62,764 bases of DNA from a virus. Its lineage: Duplodnaviria > Caudoviricetes. The notes beneath the pieces were generated by a model, which saw only the letters and a program-made list of their open reading frames with translations, was not told where the DNA came from and searched no databases. How positions within the stretch are numbered: the first letter of the stretch is position 1; each line of letters starts with the position of its first letter. Location: positions 1 to 62,764 of IMG/VR virus record IMGVR_UViG_3300003868_000001. The stretch is one strand, 5' to 3'. Made by a program: the position numbers and the translations under genes. Below, piece by piece: positions 9,442-17,666 of this stretch.

Positions 9442-10080
9442 TCAATTGGCATCTTTATCTTCATCATCCACGGTGATCGCTTCCACCGGAGGAGTGATGT
9501 TCTTGGCTCGGCTGAACCGCTTCTCCCAATCGTCCACCGATGCCATCTCCGCAGGAGCGACGAGGACGCCTCCAGTGTGATTGACCTGGACTTCCTGCTT
9601 CTCCCGGTAGCCAGCGTCGTGCTTCTTGAGTTCGAGCTCGATGAGGCGGATGGGATAAATTGTCTCGATGGAGACGAGCCCTCCGTTGCGATCGTAGCTC
9701 TCCTTCTGCGTGCCGTTGAAGACGAGGTCCTGGTGATGCCCAATGAGTTTCTCTCGGTACTCCTCCTCGGCCATCATGAGGGCTTGAGCGAACTCCTCAT
9801 CCTTCGCGATGTGCGCTCGTACGCATTGGGTCGAGACTCCACAGGCAGCGGCGCTCTCTCCCATTCGTCCCCACTTCCGATACTCCTCGAGGAAGATGCC
9901 CTTCTCTCTATCTCCGAAGGCGATCCGCTCCATCTTGATCCGGGATCTCCAGTTCCCATCCCCATCCTGGTAATCCACAACGACTGGATGTGAGCGTCGA
10001 GCGAGGAGGGAGCGGGGGCGTTTCCGGATCTGGAAGCGTTGATCGTGCTTGTCCGCATAGTCCTCAATGTCGTCCGTCAT
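9442..10080 (-). CDS. terS: Terminase small subunit
   Basis: HTH-like FLEEY...SAAACGVS...DEEFA, then LIELELK...YREKQEVQVNHTGGV, typical of TerS. Confidence 0.75.
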   Translation of the reverse strand: MTDDIEDYADKHDQRFQIRKRPRSLLARRSHPVVVDYQDGDGNWRSRIKMERIAFGDREKGIFLEEYRKWGRMGESAAACGVSTQCVRAHIAKDEEFAQALMMAEEEYREKLIGHHQDLVFNGTQKESYDRNGGLVSIETIYPIRLIELELKKHDAGYREKQEVQVNHTGGVLVAPAEMASVDDWEKRFSRAKNITPPVEAITVDDEDKDAN

Positions 10081-10367
10081 GTTTCTCACTTGTCTGTACG
10101 CGAATGAAGAGAATGAAGATCTCCCGATTTAAGAGTTCTACCTCACGGAAGCCCAAGTGAGCAAGCCGCATATCTCCCGATTTCAGTACCATCTTAAGTG
10201 ATGTCAGGTGTATCCTACCGATTACCCGTCAACCCGTTGTTTTTGTTACCATCTACTTACTCCTCTTTATTTAATAAATAGTAAATATACTTAATTGACA
10301 AAACCCATCCAACCAATCCAGCAGCGGACCACCGCCGGAGGAGGCTGGCAACTTTGGCTCCCTCATG

Positions 10368-10383
10368 GTTAATTTATCATTAA
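10368..10383 (-). promoter_or_regulatory. CtrA-binding consensus site
   Basis: Minus strand TTAA-TGATAAA-TTAAC = TTAA-N7-TTAAC. Confidence 0.55.
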
Positions 10384-10409
10384 TCCTTAACATTCGTCAG
10401 AATAAACCG

Positions 10410-10438
10410 TTGTAAAAGAACACTGTAAAGAGTAACCT
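10410..10438 (+). promoter_or_regulatory. Promoter of the only plus-strand operon
   Basis: TTGTAA-N17-TAACCT upstream of ORF 10472. Confidence 0.5.
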
Positions 10439-10471
10439 GAGCGCACACTTTAATCAGATAAAGAGATCGCA

Positions 10472-11131
10472 ATGCCCCTGCTAATTCCACACCAGCCAGA
10501 ACGTCCAAGGATTGACCCAGTCACGGGAGACATCCTTTTGTTCGCAACGATGCCCAATCCGGACATGAAGAAGAAGCAGTTCAAGGTCTGCGAGCCTCCT
10601 TCACAGAAAGCCCAGTGCAGAATGTACCGCGCAGTCCGCCAAGGCTTCATCGGCAGACAGGTGGTTGTATCCGACATCTATGACTATTGCATGGATGGAA
10701 TATACTCGGAGGTGTCCAAGACACAGATGGGATACAACGTCACAGCGACGACTTTGTACGAGCCGAGACTGCTGGTGAACAACAAGACGATCGGAAAGCC
10801 AGCCCTGACCTATACCTTCCGTAACCTGCTGGATTTCCAGTACGGACTTGAATGGCAGATCTGCACTTGGTTGCGGAAATTTTTGATTGCAACTGCCGCG
10901 CTCGAGGACGATATTGTAATTGACAGAGATTACATTGCCGAGGAACTCGATATCCTTGCGAGAGCCACTCCGACGGAATACATGGAGACCTACGAGAGCA
11001 AATTCGACAGCTTCTTCATGGACGAACCAGAATGGTCTGTCCTTCTCATTGGGCAGAAAGAGGATTTACCTGCGATGCCCAAGAAGCCAGCGGCTCCTCC
11101 GCCTCCGCCTCCGAGGAGATTTGACAAATGA
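10472..11131 (+). CDS. Hypothetical protein (plus strand)
   Basis: 219-aa ORF with no long competing minus-strand ORF; Pro-rich tail. Confidence 0.75.
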   Translation: MPLLIPHQPERPRIDPVTGDILLFATMPNPDMKKKQFKVCEPPSQKAQCRMYRAVRQGFIGRQVVVSDIYDYCMDGIYSEVSKTQMGYNVTATTLYEPRLLVNNKTIGKPALTYTFRNLLDFQYGLEWQICTWLRKFLIATAALEDDIVIDRDYIAEELDILARATPTEYMETYESKFDSFFMDEPEWSVLLIGQKEDLPAMPKKPAAPPPPPPRRFDK

Positions 11132-11355
11132 TCCACATGTCGAATCTGAAGCAATGGTTGGAGACCAATCTTCCTCTGGAGCCTCGACGCAAGGGAGAAA
11201 GACTTGCGGAGTTTCAGGATAGAGAATTGGCGTGGAAGCGAATGATCCACGCCAAATATCTAGAGTTGTATCCCAAGGAGCCAGAGCGGAAACCTGGAAT
11301 GCCGAGAAATCTCGGCTGGGTCTGGATCAGTGAAACTGACCTTCGTCCTTCTTGA
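11128..11355 (+). CDS. Hypothetical protein (plus strand)
   Basis: ATGA overlap with previous gene; GAGGAG RBS. Confidence 0.6.
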   Translation: MIHMSNLKQWLETNLPLEPRRKGERLAEFQDRELAWKRMIHAKYLELYPKEPERKPGMPRNLGWVWISETDLRPS

Positions 11356-11593
11356 ACATCTTGCCGAGGAACGAGTCCAGTCCACCGGAAGTTTCACGCA
11401 CCTCAGCAATCGCCGCAGTCATCTCGTCAAGCCGATTGAAGATGTCTGCGAGCGCCTGCATGGCGTATTCCTTCGCATCAGCGGCATCTTCGGGGCGACC
11501 GAACGAGGTCTCCTTCTGATACTGGATGATCCGAAACTCGACCTCCTCCGATAGCAGGTCGCACTTCTTGCGGAGTTCACAAACTTTGCACAT
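11327..11593 (-). CDS. Hypothetical protein (MCxVCE family)
   Basis: AAAGGAAAG RBS; helical; N-terminus resembles 12852-13118. Confidence 0.65.
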   Translation of the reverse strand: MCKVCELRKKCDLLSEEVEFRIIQYQKETSFGRPEDAADAKEYAMQALADIFNRLDEMTAAIAEVRETSGGLDSFLGKMFKKDEGQFH

Positions 11594-12167
11594 GCTTCTT
11601 TCCTTTCATGAAGCCAAACACAGCGATACCCGAGGCGAGCAACCAAGCCGCCGCTGGGACTGGAACAGGAGACACCGGGGGTTGCACCACAGGAGGCGTC
11701 CCGCCGCCTGTGCAGCACCACACCACAGGCACAGGGTCCACAGGCCTCCAGGGCGGCTCTGACGGCGTCCATACAGGCTCCACAACTGGTCCATAAACCA
11801 CAGGCACAGGCAGAGGGTCAGCGAACACCACCCAGTTCTGGCAGACGTCCAACTTGAACATGATGTAATGAACACCATCTTGTTCAAAGCGGTATCCTTC
11901 ACCAGACTGGTCCTCCGCCAAGATCGCAGAGTACCCCATTGCATAGGGAACTCCGTCACGAGCGTACGACATCTTCCGGACGATGGACCCAGCCGGAACG
12001 GTCATACGTTCCGGCTGTCCCTTGGGCACTCCGAACTCATCGACCGCCCATTCATATTCGCACGCTCCATCACAAGGAGCGCCGCCCGGAGTATAGTACG
12101 ACATCGTAGAGGCCGAAGCCTCTGACCCAAGAAGGATCAGGAGCATCACGCTAAAGAAGCTGAACAC
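11577..12167 (-). CDS. Secreted protein with VPLPA-CTERM-like sorting signal
   Basis: Signal peptide ending ASA; Pro/Val-rich stalk; C-terminal VPVPAAAWLLASGIAVFGFMKGKK. Confidence 0.75.
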   Translation of the reverse strand: MFSFFSVMLLILLGSEASASTMSYYTPGGAPCDGACEYEWAVDEFGVPKGQPERMTVPAGSIVRKMSYARDGVPYAMGYSAILAEDQSGEGYRFEQDGVHYIMFKLDVCQNWVVFADPLPVPVVYGPVVEPVWTPSEPPWRPVDPVPVVWCCTGGGTPPVVQPPVSPVPVPAAAWLLASGIAVFGFMKGKKHVQSL

Positions 12168-12684
12168 TGGAAATTCCTTTCATCATCTGGATCAGCATCT
12201 TGGTTTGGCCGATCGCATCTTCCATCGCGTTGTGCGACACCACTGTCTGGTCTTCGAGGTCGAGGTCAAATCTCTTGTAGAGCCAGCGCATCGTGCGGAA
12301 GTCGAGTTCCTGCGAATACTTCCACGGAACAGGCAGCTTGCAGGCCTCGAAATGACGTTGCATGAGGATGCAGTCGAAGGACGGCGAGTTCGCCCAGACC
12401 TTGTCCACTTTCTGGATGCGGAGATAGTCTGTCACCTCCAGAAGACTGTCTTTCAGCGACTGTCGCGGCATGGAACGAGGATCGTACGATTGATCCTGCC
12501 ACCACTTGATCGTCTCCGGATTGGGGCAGAAGCCAGTCGTCAGGATGACATCGAGCAGATCGACATTCCACTGCTGGGAACTGATGATCTCTTTCTGCTC
12601 CATGTCGAAGATGCACACCCCGATCTCGAACAGTGGAGCAGCGATCCCCACGTTCAGGGTTTCCAGGTCAATCATTGCGTGCAT
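12151..12684 (-). CDS. DEDDh 3'-5' exonuclease (Rv2179c/DUF5051-like)
   Basis: MIDLETL, WANSPSFD, DFRT, HNAMEDA motifs; AAGGAGG RBS. Confidence 0.85.
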   Translation of the reverse strand: MHAMIDLETLNVGIAAPLFEIGVCIFDMEQKEIISSQQWNVDLLDVILTTGFCPNPETIKWWQDQSYDPRSMPRQSLKDSLLEVTDYLRIQKVDKVWANSPSFDCILMQRHFEACKLPVPWKYSQELDFRTMRWLYKRFDLDLEDQTVVSHNAMEDAIGQTKMLIQMMKGISSVQLL

Positions 12685-12871
12685 TCCAAGCCTCCTTGAT
12701 CCAACGGCTGATGTCCCAGCACAGATAAACCCAGAGGCTCTCTGCACCGGAGACCATGAAGATGTGCGGCCATGTGATCTCGAGATGCTCGATGATCTCG
12801 TACAGGGCCATTGCGGGGATTATTCCACACAGAATAATCCCCACACATACTCTAAACGCGACGCGCTGCAA
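12668..12871 (-). CDS. Small membrane protein
   Basis: Two hydrophobic segments; fills operon gap. Confidence 0.45.
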   Translation of the reverse strand: MQRVAFRVCVGIILCGIIPAMALYEIIEHLEITWPHIFMVSGAESLWVYLCWDISRWIKEAWNARND

Positions 12872-13118
12872 TGTCGTGCTTCCTTTCTCCGCCCGTCAGC
12901 AGGCAGACAATGACCTCGACATCACCGGTCTCGAGGAGAGACGGCAGCTTGTCCTGCATCGCCAGCATCTCTTCGAACAGACCGACGATGATCGGCTTGA
13001 TCTCTTGGGCTTCCTGTGACTGGCCCATGAGGATGGCTTTCTCACGCTTCGCCATGAGCCTTCCGATCTCATTGATCGGACGCTCCTGTTCTTTCTTCAT
13101 CTCACAGACACGGCACAT
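12852..13118 (-). CDS. Hypothetical protein (MCxVCE family)
   Basis: TGATG coupling; GAGGA RBS. Confidence 0.6.
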   Translation of the reverse strand: MCRVCEMKKEQERPINEIGRLMAKREKAILMGQSQEAQEIKPIIVGLFEEMLAMQDKLPSLLETGDVEVIVCLLTGGERKHDIAARRV

Positions 13119-13462
13119 CACATCGTCCTCAGGTTGGTCCACTTGATGTGGCACTGGATTTCAACAAGCGATGACTTTGCATCGCGGCTATTTCCTGCGC
13201 GGTCAGAGCCGAGGATCAGCCCATTGCCCGCAAGCAGAGAGTCGTCTGCCCGACCGACATCGAACAGACGCATTCCGGATTTCAGCAGTCCTTCATCATC
13301 GACATACATCGTGTCCATGTTCTTGAAGTACTCTGCGATGGTCAGACAGTCCACCTTCGGCCCAAGAGGGTTGGACAGCAGACGATAGTAGTCAGTGATG
13401 TCAGGACCGACCTGAACCTCGGTGATCTCCTTGGTCCACGGATTGATTAGAATTCCACGCAT
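13118..13462 (-). CDS. DUF3846-like protein
   Basis: ILINP...MYVDDEGLL...LAGNGLILG motifs. Confidence 0.65.
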   Translation of the reverse strand: MRGILINPWTKEITEVQVGPDITDYYRLLSNPLGPKVDCLTIAEYFKNMDTMYVDDEGLLKSGMRLFDVGRADDSLLAGNGLILGSDRAGNSRDAKSSLVEIQCHIKWTNLRTM

Positions 13463-13500
13463 ATTCGCCTCGTTCTGGAGGGCACTATTACCCTGCCTTT

Positions 13501-13529
13501 ACTATACCCCGCGAGCGCCGTGAAGAACA
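13501..13529 (-). promoter_or_regulatory. Early-type promoter
   Basis: TGTTCT-N17(..CTCGCGGGG)-TATAGT. Confidence 0.6.
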
Positions 13530-13681
13530 GTTCTACTTGTCATTCCAAAAGCACCGAGCATGGAGAGCGCCCGCCTGTATTCTCCAGCTTCTGAAGAACC
13601 GACGTGGCCTGCGATCCTTCCTGATCACAAGCCACGCAGGCAGTTCGGCACTCACTGAGAGACTGAGTGACAAACGAATTC

Positions 13682-14017
13682 TCAGCATTCGAAGATGTCG
13701 TTCAGAAGACGTGTAACTTTCTGCGTTGGCTCAACGAGAGACTGAGGAGCGAACACTTCGATTACAGCGATCTCGACTTGATCACCTGTGCAAAGTTTCA
13801 CCAAATCATCATCGTTGCACAGGTTCAGGAACATCTCCAGACGGATGACGTCCATCACGGGAACGCCGTCGGCACAGAGTGCGCCCATTGCCCGCTCGAG
13901 GAACTGCTCCTCGCTTTCGCCACGGTTGATGAGACCGTTGTCATAGGCGACCTCGAGGGCAGCTTTCTTGATCCTCGGGTATGAGGCCCAGAACATCGCT
14001 TGGTCAATAGCAGACAT
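13682..14017 (-). CDS. Hypothetical protein
   Basis: AAGGAGG RBS. Confidence 0.65.
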   Translation of the reverse strand: MSAIDQAMFWASYPRIKKAALEVAYDNGLINRGESEEQFLERAMGALCADGVPVMDVIRLEMFLNLCNDDDLVKLCTGDQVEIAVIEVFAPQSLVEPTQKVTRLLNDIFEC

Positions 14018-14237
14018 GTTTCGCTGCCTCCTTGACGACCGTGTTCCACCCGTGAGCAGTCACGTGAACACGCGCCTCTTCTTGGGCTTCCTTGTGCCCC
14101 AGCATCTCCAGACGCCCAGCGTCGAGGACGGTCTCCGCCAGAATTTCGGCGAAGTTCTCGTCCTCCTCGACCTGGAGTTCATGTGCGAACTCGCCGGAAG
14201 TCTGCTGGATTGCAGCGATCAACTTATCAGAAAACAT
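14004..14237 (-). CDS. Hypothetical protein
   Basis: Acidic small ORF with RBS. Confidence 0.55.
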   Translation of the reverse strand: MFSDKLIAAIQQTSGEFAHELQVEEDENFAEILAETVLDAGRLEMLGHKEAQEEARVHVTAHGWNTVVKEAAKHVCY

Positions 14238-14499
14238 GCTCTTTCCCCCTCAGCAGGTCGTCCACCATTTTCGACAGGACGATCGGATCAGATTCGCCCT
14301 CCTCGATCTCCCAAGTGCCGACCATCTGGCCTTGATTGATCCAGCCGTCGCGCAGAATTTCTGCACACTTCACACGCTGTTCGGTCAGGTGCAAGTTCTT
14401 CGGGGCGGTGAACCCAAAGAACAACGACGATGCGTGGATGGTATTCATCAAACGACGCTGGCCGTTCTTGTCCGTGAACCACAGTCTCGTGACTTTCAT
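14227..14499 (-). CDS. Hypothetical protein
   Basis: AGGAG RBS. Confidence 0.55.
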   Translation of the reverse strand: MKVTRLWFTDKNGQRRLMNTIHASSLFFGFTAPKNLHLTEQRVKCAEILRDGWINQGQMVGTWEIEEGESDPIVLSKMVDDLLRGKEHVF

Positions 14500-14649
14500 T
14501 TTCAGCTCCTACATTTCCATCGGAGAACGCATCTCCGTGTTTCCAAAGTGCCCAGACGATAGTGCAGAATGTCACCCACACCACTGACTGCGCAATGAAA
14601 TCAGCGATTATCATGACAGTTCGCCTTGTTGAAGTGTTACCCTACCCCT

Positions 14650-14678
14650 ACAGTACCTTGCGAAACGGCAAAAGACAA
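14650..14678 (-). promoter_or_regulatory. Early-type promoter
   Basis: TTGTCT-N17(..TTTCGCAAGG)-TACTGT. Confidence 0.65.
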
Positions 14679-14833
14679 CCGTCATTTATCACACGCCGAC
14701 GGCGAACTAGCGCCGTCGGCGTGGAACGAAGTCACCCCGAACCCGGGAGGGCAGGCACGGCCCCAATAGACGCCGCCGGAGCCTTCGCTGCGGGTGTTAC
14801 AAAGCCACCGCCCGCAGGGCTATTCCACAGGTA

Positions 14834-15091
14834 TCAGAGGGCGCTCTGAGCGGTCCACAGACGCTGCTGCTTGGGCACCAGTGCCAGCCGCCCGCACGGG
14901 AGGGTCCGTAGCGTCACTCCATCAACCTGTCTCCACACCTTGAACTCTTTACCTTTCGGATACTTGATGGATTTGCCCATCTTCGCGGTATAGTGTCTCT
15001 CTACAACGCCTGTTGTCTTACTCACTCTAACGTTCTTGAACGGACCATACATCCATTCTTTGGACAACAGATTGCAGATCAGTCTGATCAC
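14834..15091 (-). CDS. Hypothetical protein
   Basis: Coupled ORF. Confidence 0.5.
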   Translation of the reverse strand: MIRLICNLLSKEWMYGPFKNVRVSKTTGVVERHYTAKMGKSIKYPKGKEFKVWRQVDGVTLRTLPCGRLALVPKQQRLWTAQSAL

Positions 15092-15420
15092 CCTTCGTGC
15101 GCCGCGTCCATGAGCCCAGCGAGCTCATGAGCGAGGATCACGGCCTTGTAAGGCTCGTTGATGGTGACCTCAAACTTGAAGTGGAAGTTCGCGTCGTACC
15201 AGCCCATCGCTTCCACGATAACGATGTTGCCACGGCGGCAGACCGAGAACAGCGACCGATCATCGCCGATCGCAGCTTCTGCGTAATAGGATTCACGGCT
15301 CGGCTTACCAGCCTTGTCGCCGTTGTCATAGGCCCAGATGACCTCGTTGTTCTCGGTCACAGCCGCGTACACGGTGGGCCAGCCGTACTTGTCTTCGAGT
15401 GGGAGCATCTCCAGTTTCAT
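15088..15420 (-). CDS. Hypothetical protein
   Basis: GAGG RBS before ATG 15420; downstream of promoter 15455-15483. Confidence 0.6.
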   Translation of the reverse strand: MKLEMLPLEDKYGWPTVYAAVTENNEVIWAYDNGDKAGKPSRESYYAEAAIGDDRSLFSVCRRGNIVIVEAMGWYDANFHFKFEVTINEPYKAVILAHELAGLMDAAHEG

Positions 15421-15454
15421 TTTCGCCTCAGGGTTAAGGGTTGCGCCATGCCAT

Positions 15455-15483
15455 ACCATACCCCGCGAGGGCGGGGCCGACAA
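15455..15483 (-). promoter_or_regulatory. Early-type promoter
   Basis: TTGTCG-N17(..CTCGCGGGG)-TATGGT. Confidence 0.65.
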
Positions 15484-15634
15484 ATTCACTTTATCAGGTC
15501 GGCGGGTGTCACGCAGGCCGGGTCTGACCAGTCCTCGCATCCGATCATCCAATTGACGGTAACGAACATGATCATCGCCGCCATGATGGTCGCGCAGCAC
15601 AGGATGCCCAGCGCGTTGAGAAATCCCTTGAGCA

Positions 15635-15973
15635 TCAGAATTCCTCCCCAAGAAGTTCCCGCATCTGAACGATGCCAGGATCTTCGCCGTTGATGGTGCC
15701 GTGAGCCTCGTCATACTCTGCTTGGGCTTCCCAGTTGGGAGTGTTCTGCAGACGCTTCAGCTCAGTCTCGTATTCGGACCGAGCCTCAGCTTCGGACGAG
15801 TAGTCATTCGTCCAGGCTTCATCGGCGTCCTCATCGGTCGCATCGTAGAACCACCACAGGTCTGCATCAACCTGCTTCACCAGAGCGATCAGCCCAAGAC
15901 GGTTCGGGTTTGCGTGTTCGAGGACCTGAACAGGAACTGTGAACTCGCGCTGCACTTGCTTCAAGACGGACAT
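15635..15973 (-). CDS. Acidic hypothetical protein
   Basis: AGGAGG RBS; own promoter. Confidence 0.7.
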   Translation of the reverse strand: MSVLKQVQREFTVPVQVLEHANPNRLGLIALVKQVDADLWWFYDATDEDADEAWTNDYSSEAEARSEYETELKRLQNTPNWEAQAEYDEAHGTINGEDPGIVQMRELLGEEF

Positions 15974-16003
15974 TCTTTGCCTCCTAGGGGGTTTACCTGC
16001 CCC

Positions 16004-16032
16004 AAAGTACCACGCGAAACCGCATGAAGCAA
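16004..16032 (-). promoter_or_regulatory. Early-type promoter
   Basis: TTGCTT-N17(..TTTCGCGTGG)-TACTTT. Confidence 0.65.
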
Positions 16033-16035
16033 ATT

Positions 16036-16335
16036 CTATTGCTCAGCAACCAGCAGATCGGTTTCCCAGTCCTCATAGTTGAACATCTCGGGAATGTACG
16101 TCTCCAGGATCAGAATGGTTTCCAGACGCTGGTGTTTCCCAAGATCAGGCCGGAACAGAACGCCAACTCGGAAGATGAGTTTACCTTCCATCAGCTTCTG
16201 CTCCAGCCTTGCTCCTGGAATGTGATCACCGAGATCTGGACCATAGTAGTATCCTTTCGGCTTGAAAGGACCTCCCGTCCATTGGGTTGCATTCTGATCC
16301 CAGAACCCGACTCTGAGTCCTGACGTCACTCTCAT
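16036..16335 (-). CDS. Hypothetical protein
   Basis: GGAGG RBS; ATGA coupling. Confidence 0.55.
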   Translation of the reverse strand: MRVTSGLRVGFWDQNATQWTGGPFKPKGYYYGPDLGDHIPGARLEQKLMEGKLIFRVGVLFRPDLGKHQRLETILILETYIPEMFNYEDWETDLLVAEQ

Positions 16336-16838
16336 GCTTCTGACCTCCGAGCCCATTCTGGCCATCCTCTGTTCCTGTACGAGGGAGGACGTTTGTCTGT
16401 CTTCCATCGCTCTTGCAAGTATTCCTGATACGAGACAGGAACTGGCAGGTGAGAGAAGTCAAGTCCCAGACCAGCGTGTCTCGCGCTATTTTGGAAGGGT
16501 AGCAGGGGACCGGCCAAAAGACAATCTTCCATTGCCGCGATGTATGGCACCCTTTCTCCAGCCGCGTGCAGAGTTCCGTATGCGAGGAACCATTCGTGCC
16601 GCAACGCCTGCGCATACTGCACGGTCCACAGCCAGTTGCCCCGCGTAGCGCCCACCCAGAGCGTCACTGGATGGTGTTGATGGCTTGGGCGGCATAGCAT
16701 ACCCGGCCCCACTTCCCCCACGCTCTGAAGGGGCACTGACAGCATCATGGTTGCTTCCATGAGTGCGCTCCCAAGGCGCTTGTCGTCCAAGCCCTGCGCA
16801 CAGGTAACGGGATCACTGTGCAGAGCGAAGATATTCAT
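16332..16838 (-). CDS. Pyrimidine-dimer DNA glycosylase-like protein (Pyr_excise family)
   Basis: MNIF...DP...A....DK......E...ML and HPVTLWV...GNW.W motifs. Confidence 0.75.
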   Translation of the reverse strand: MNIFALHSDPVTCAQGLDDKRLGSALMEATMMLSVPLQSVGEVGPGMLCRPSHQHHPVTLWVGATRGNWLWTVQYAQALRHEWFLAYGTLHAAGERVPYIAAMEDCLLAGPLLPFQNSARHAGLGLDFSHLPVPVSYQEYLQERWKTDKRPPSYRNRGWPEWARRSEA

Positions 16839-17415
16839 CGAGGCGACCTTTCAATTCTGAGACTTCCTTACGCATGTCATCGGCCCGCTCTGAGATACGG
16901 ATCACGTCGTTGTCGAGATCGTCTGTCTTCTTTGTCAACCTCTCAATCTCGGACTTCAGGAACTTGACCTGCTTGTTTTCCTTCTCACCCTCAGGCCCGA
17001 AGTTCTCTTCCCTGATCTTGGCAACCCAAGCCCAAGGGACAGTCAGCTTCTCGCCGATGGTCTTGTCGGTCACATCTTCGATGTACGACTTGGCGACGTA
17101 GTTCTCGTCGATCTCACGGAAAATGCGGCGACGATCTTCAGGCGACATTTCGCGGGGCTTGGTCAGCTGAGTGGTCACGATGGGTTCTTCCTTCTTGACA
17201 GAATGTTCGGGGCACAAACAAGACTTGTTCGACAGGTTGATCAACCAGCCTTTCTCTCGGGCTTGATGAACGACTAGTTCTGGTGTCGTTGGGATAGAGG
17301 TCTTGAACCGAGTCTTGCAGTTTCGCTCAGTGCAGTGCAAAATCTGCACAGGCTTTTTCTTGCCGCCGATCGTGTGCATCTCGGTTCTGATCAGCATGTC
17401 AGCTTTTGACATCAT
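16813..17415 (-). CDS. Hypothetical protein (Zn-finger, coiled coil)
   Basis: C-x4-C...CPEH; C-terminal coiled coil. Confidence 0.6.
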   Translation of the reverse strand: MMSKADMLIRTEMHTIGGKKKPVQILHCTERNCKTRFKTSIPTTPELVVHQAREKGWLINLSNKSCLCPEHSVKKEEPIVTTQLTKPREMSPEDRRRIFREIDENYVAKSYIEDVTDKTIGEKLTVPWAWVAKIREENFGPEGEKENKQVKFLKSEIERLTKKTDDLDNDVIRISERADDMRKEVSELKGRLDEYLRSAQ

Positions 17416-17665
17416 ACGTCCCATTCTTTGCTGCGTCCTCCAGTGCGTTGTTGATGATGTCATGTCCGCCGTAGAACAGAACGGTGAACTGCGTTTCTGA
17501 CATCTCTAGAGGCTGCATGTTGTCATGCAGAACTGTGACTTTGGTGACACACAGACTGTCGGGCGCATCACCTTCCACAGTCACGTTGATCTCGGCATTG
17601 CTGCCGACATCCATGTCATACATATCTTGCAGATAGTAGCAGGGAAAGTGAAAGATATGCTGCAT
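17399..17665 (-). CDS. Hypothetical protein
   Basis: GGAGGG RBS. Confidence 0.55.
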   Translation of the reverse strand: MQHIFHFPCYYLQDMYDMDVGSNAEINVTVEGDAPDSLCVTKVTVLHDNMQPLEMSETQFTVLFYGGHDIINNALEDAAKNGTYDVKS

Positions 17666-17666
17666 G

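Noticed and set aside
14730-14830. tRNA gene
   Set aside because: GGTTCG and a TGTAA loop are present, but arm lengths and acceptor stem do not fit a cloverleaf
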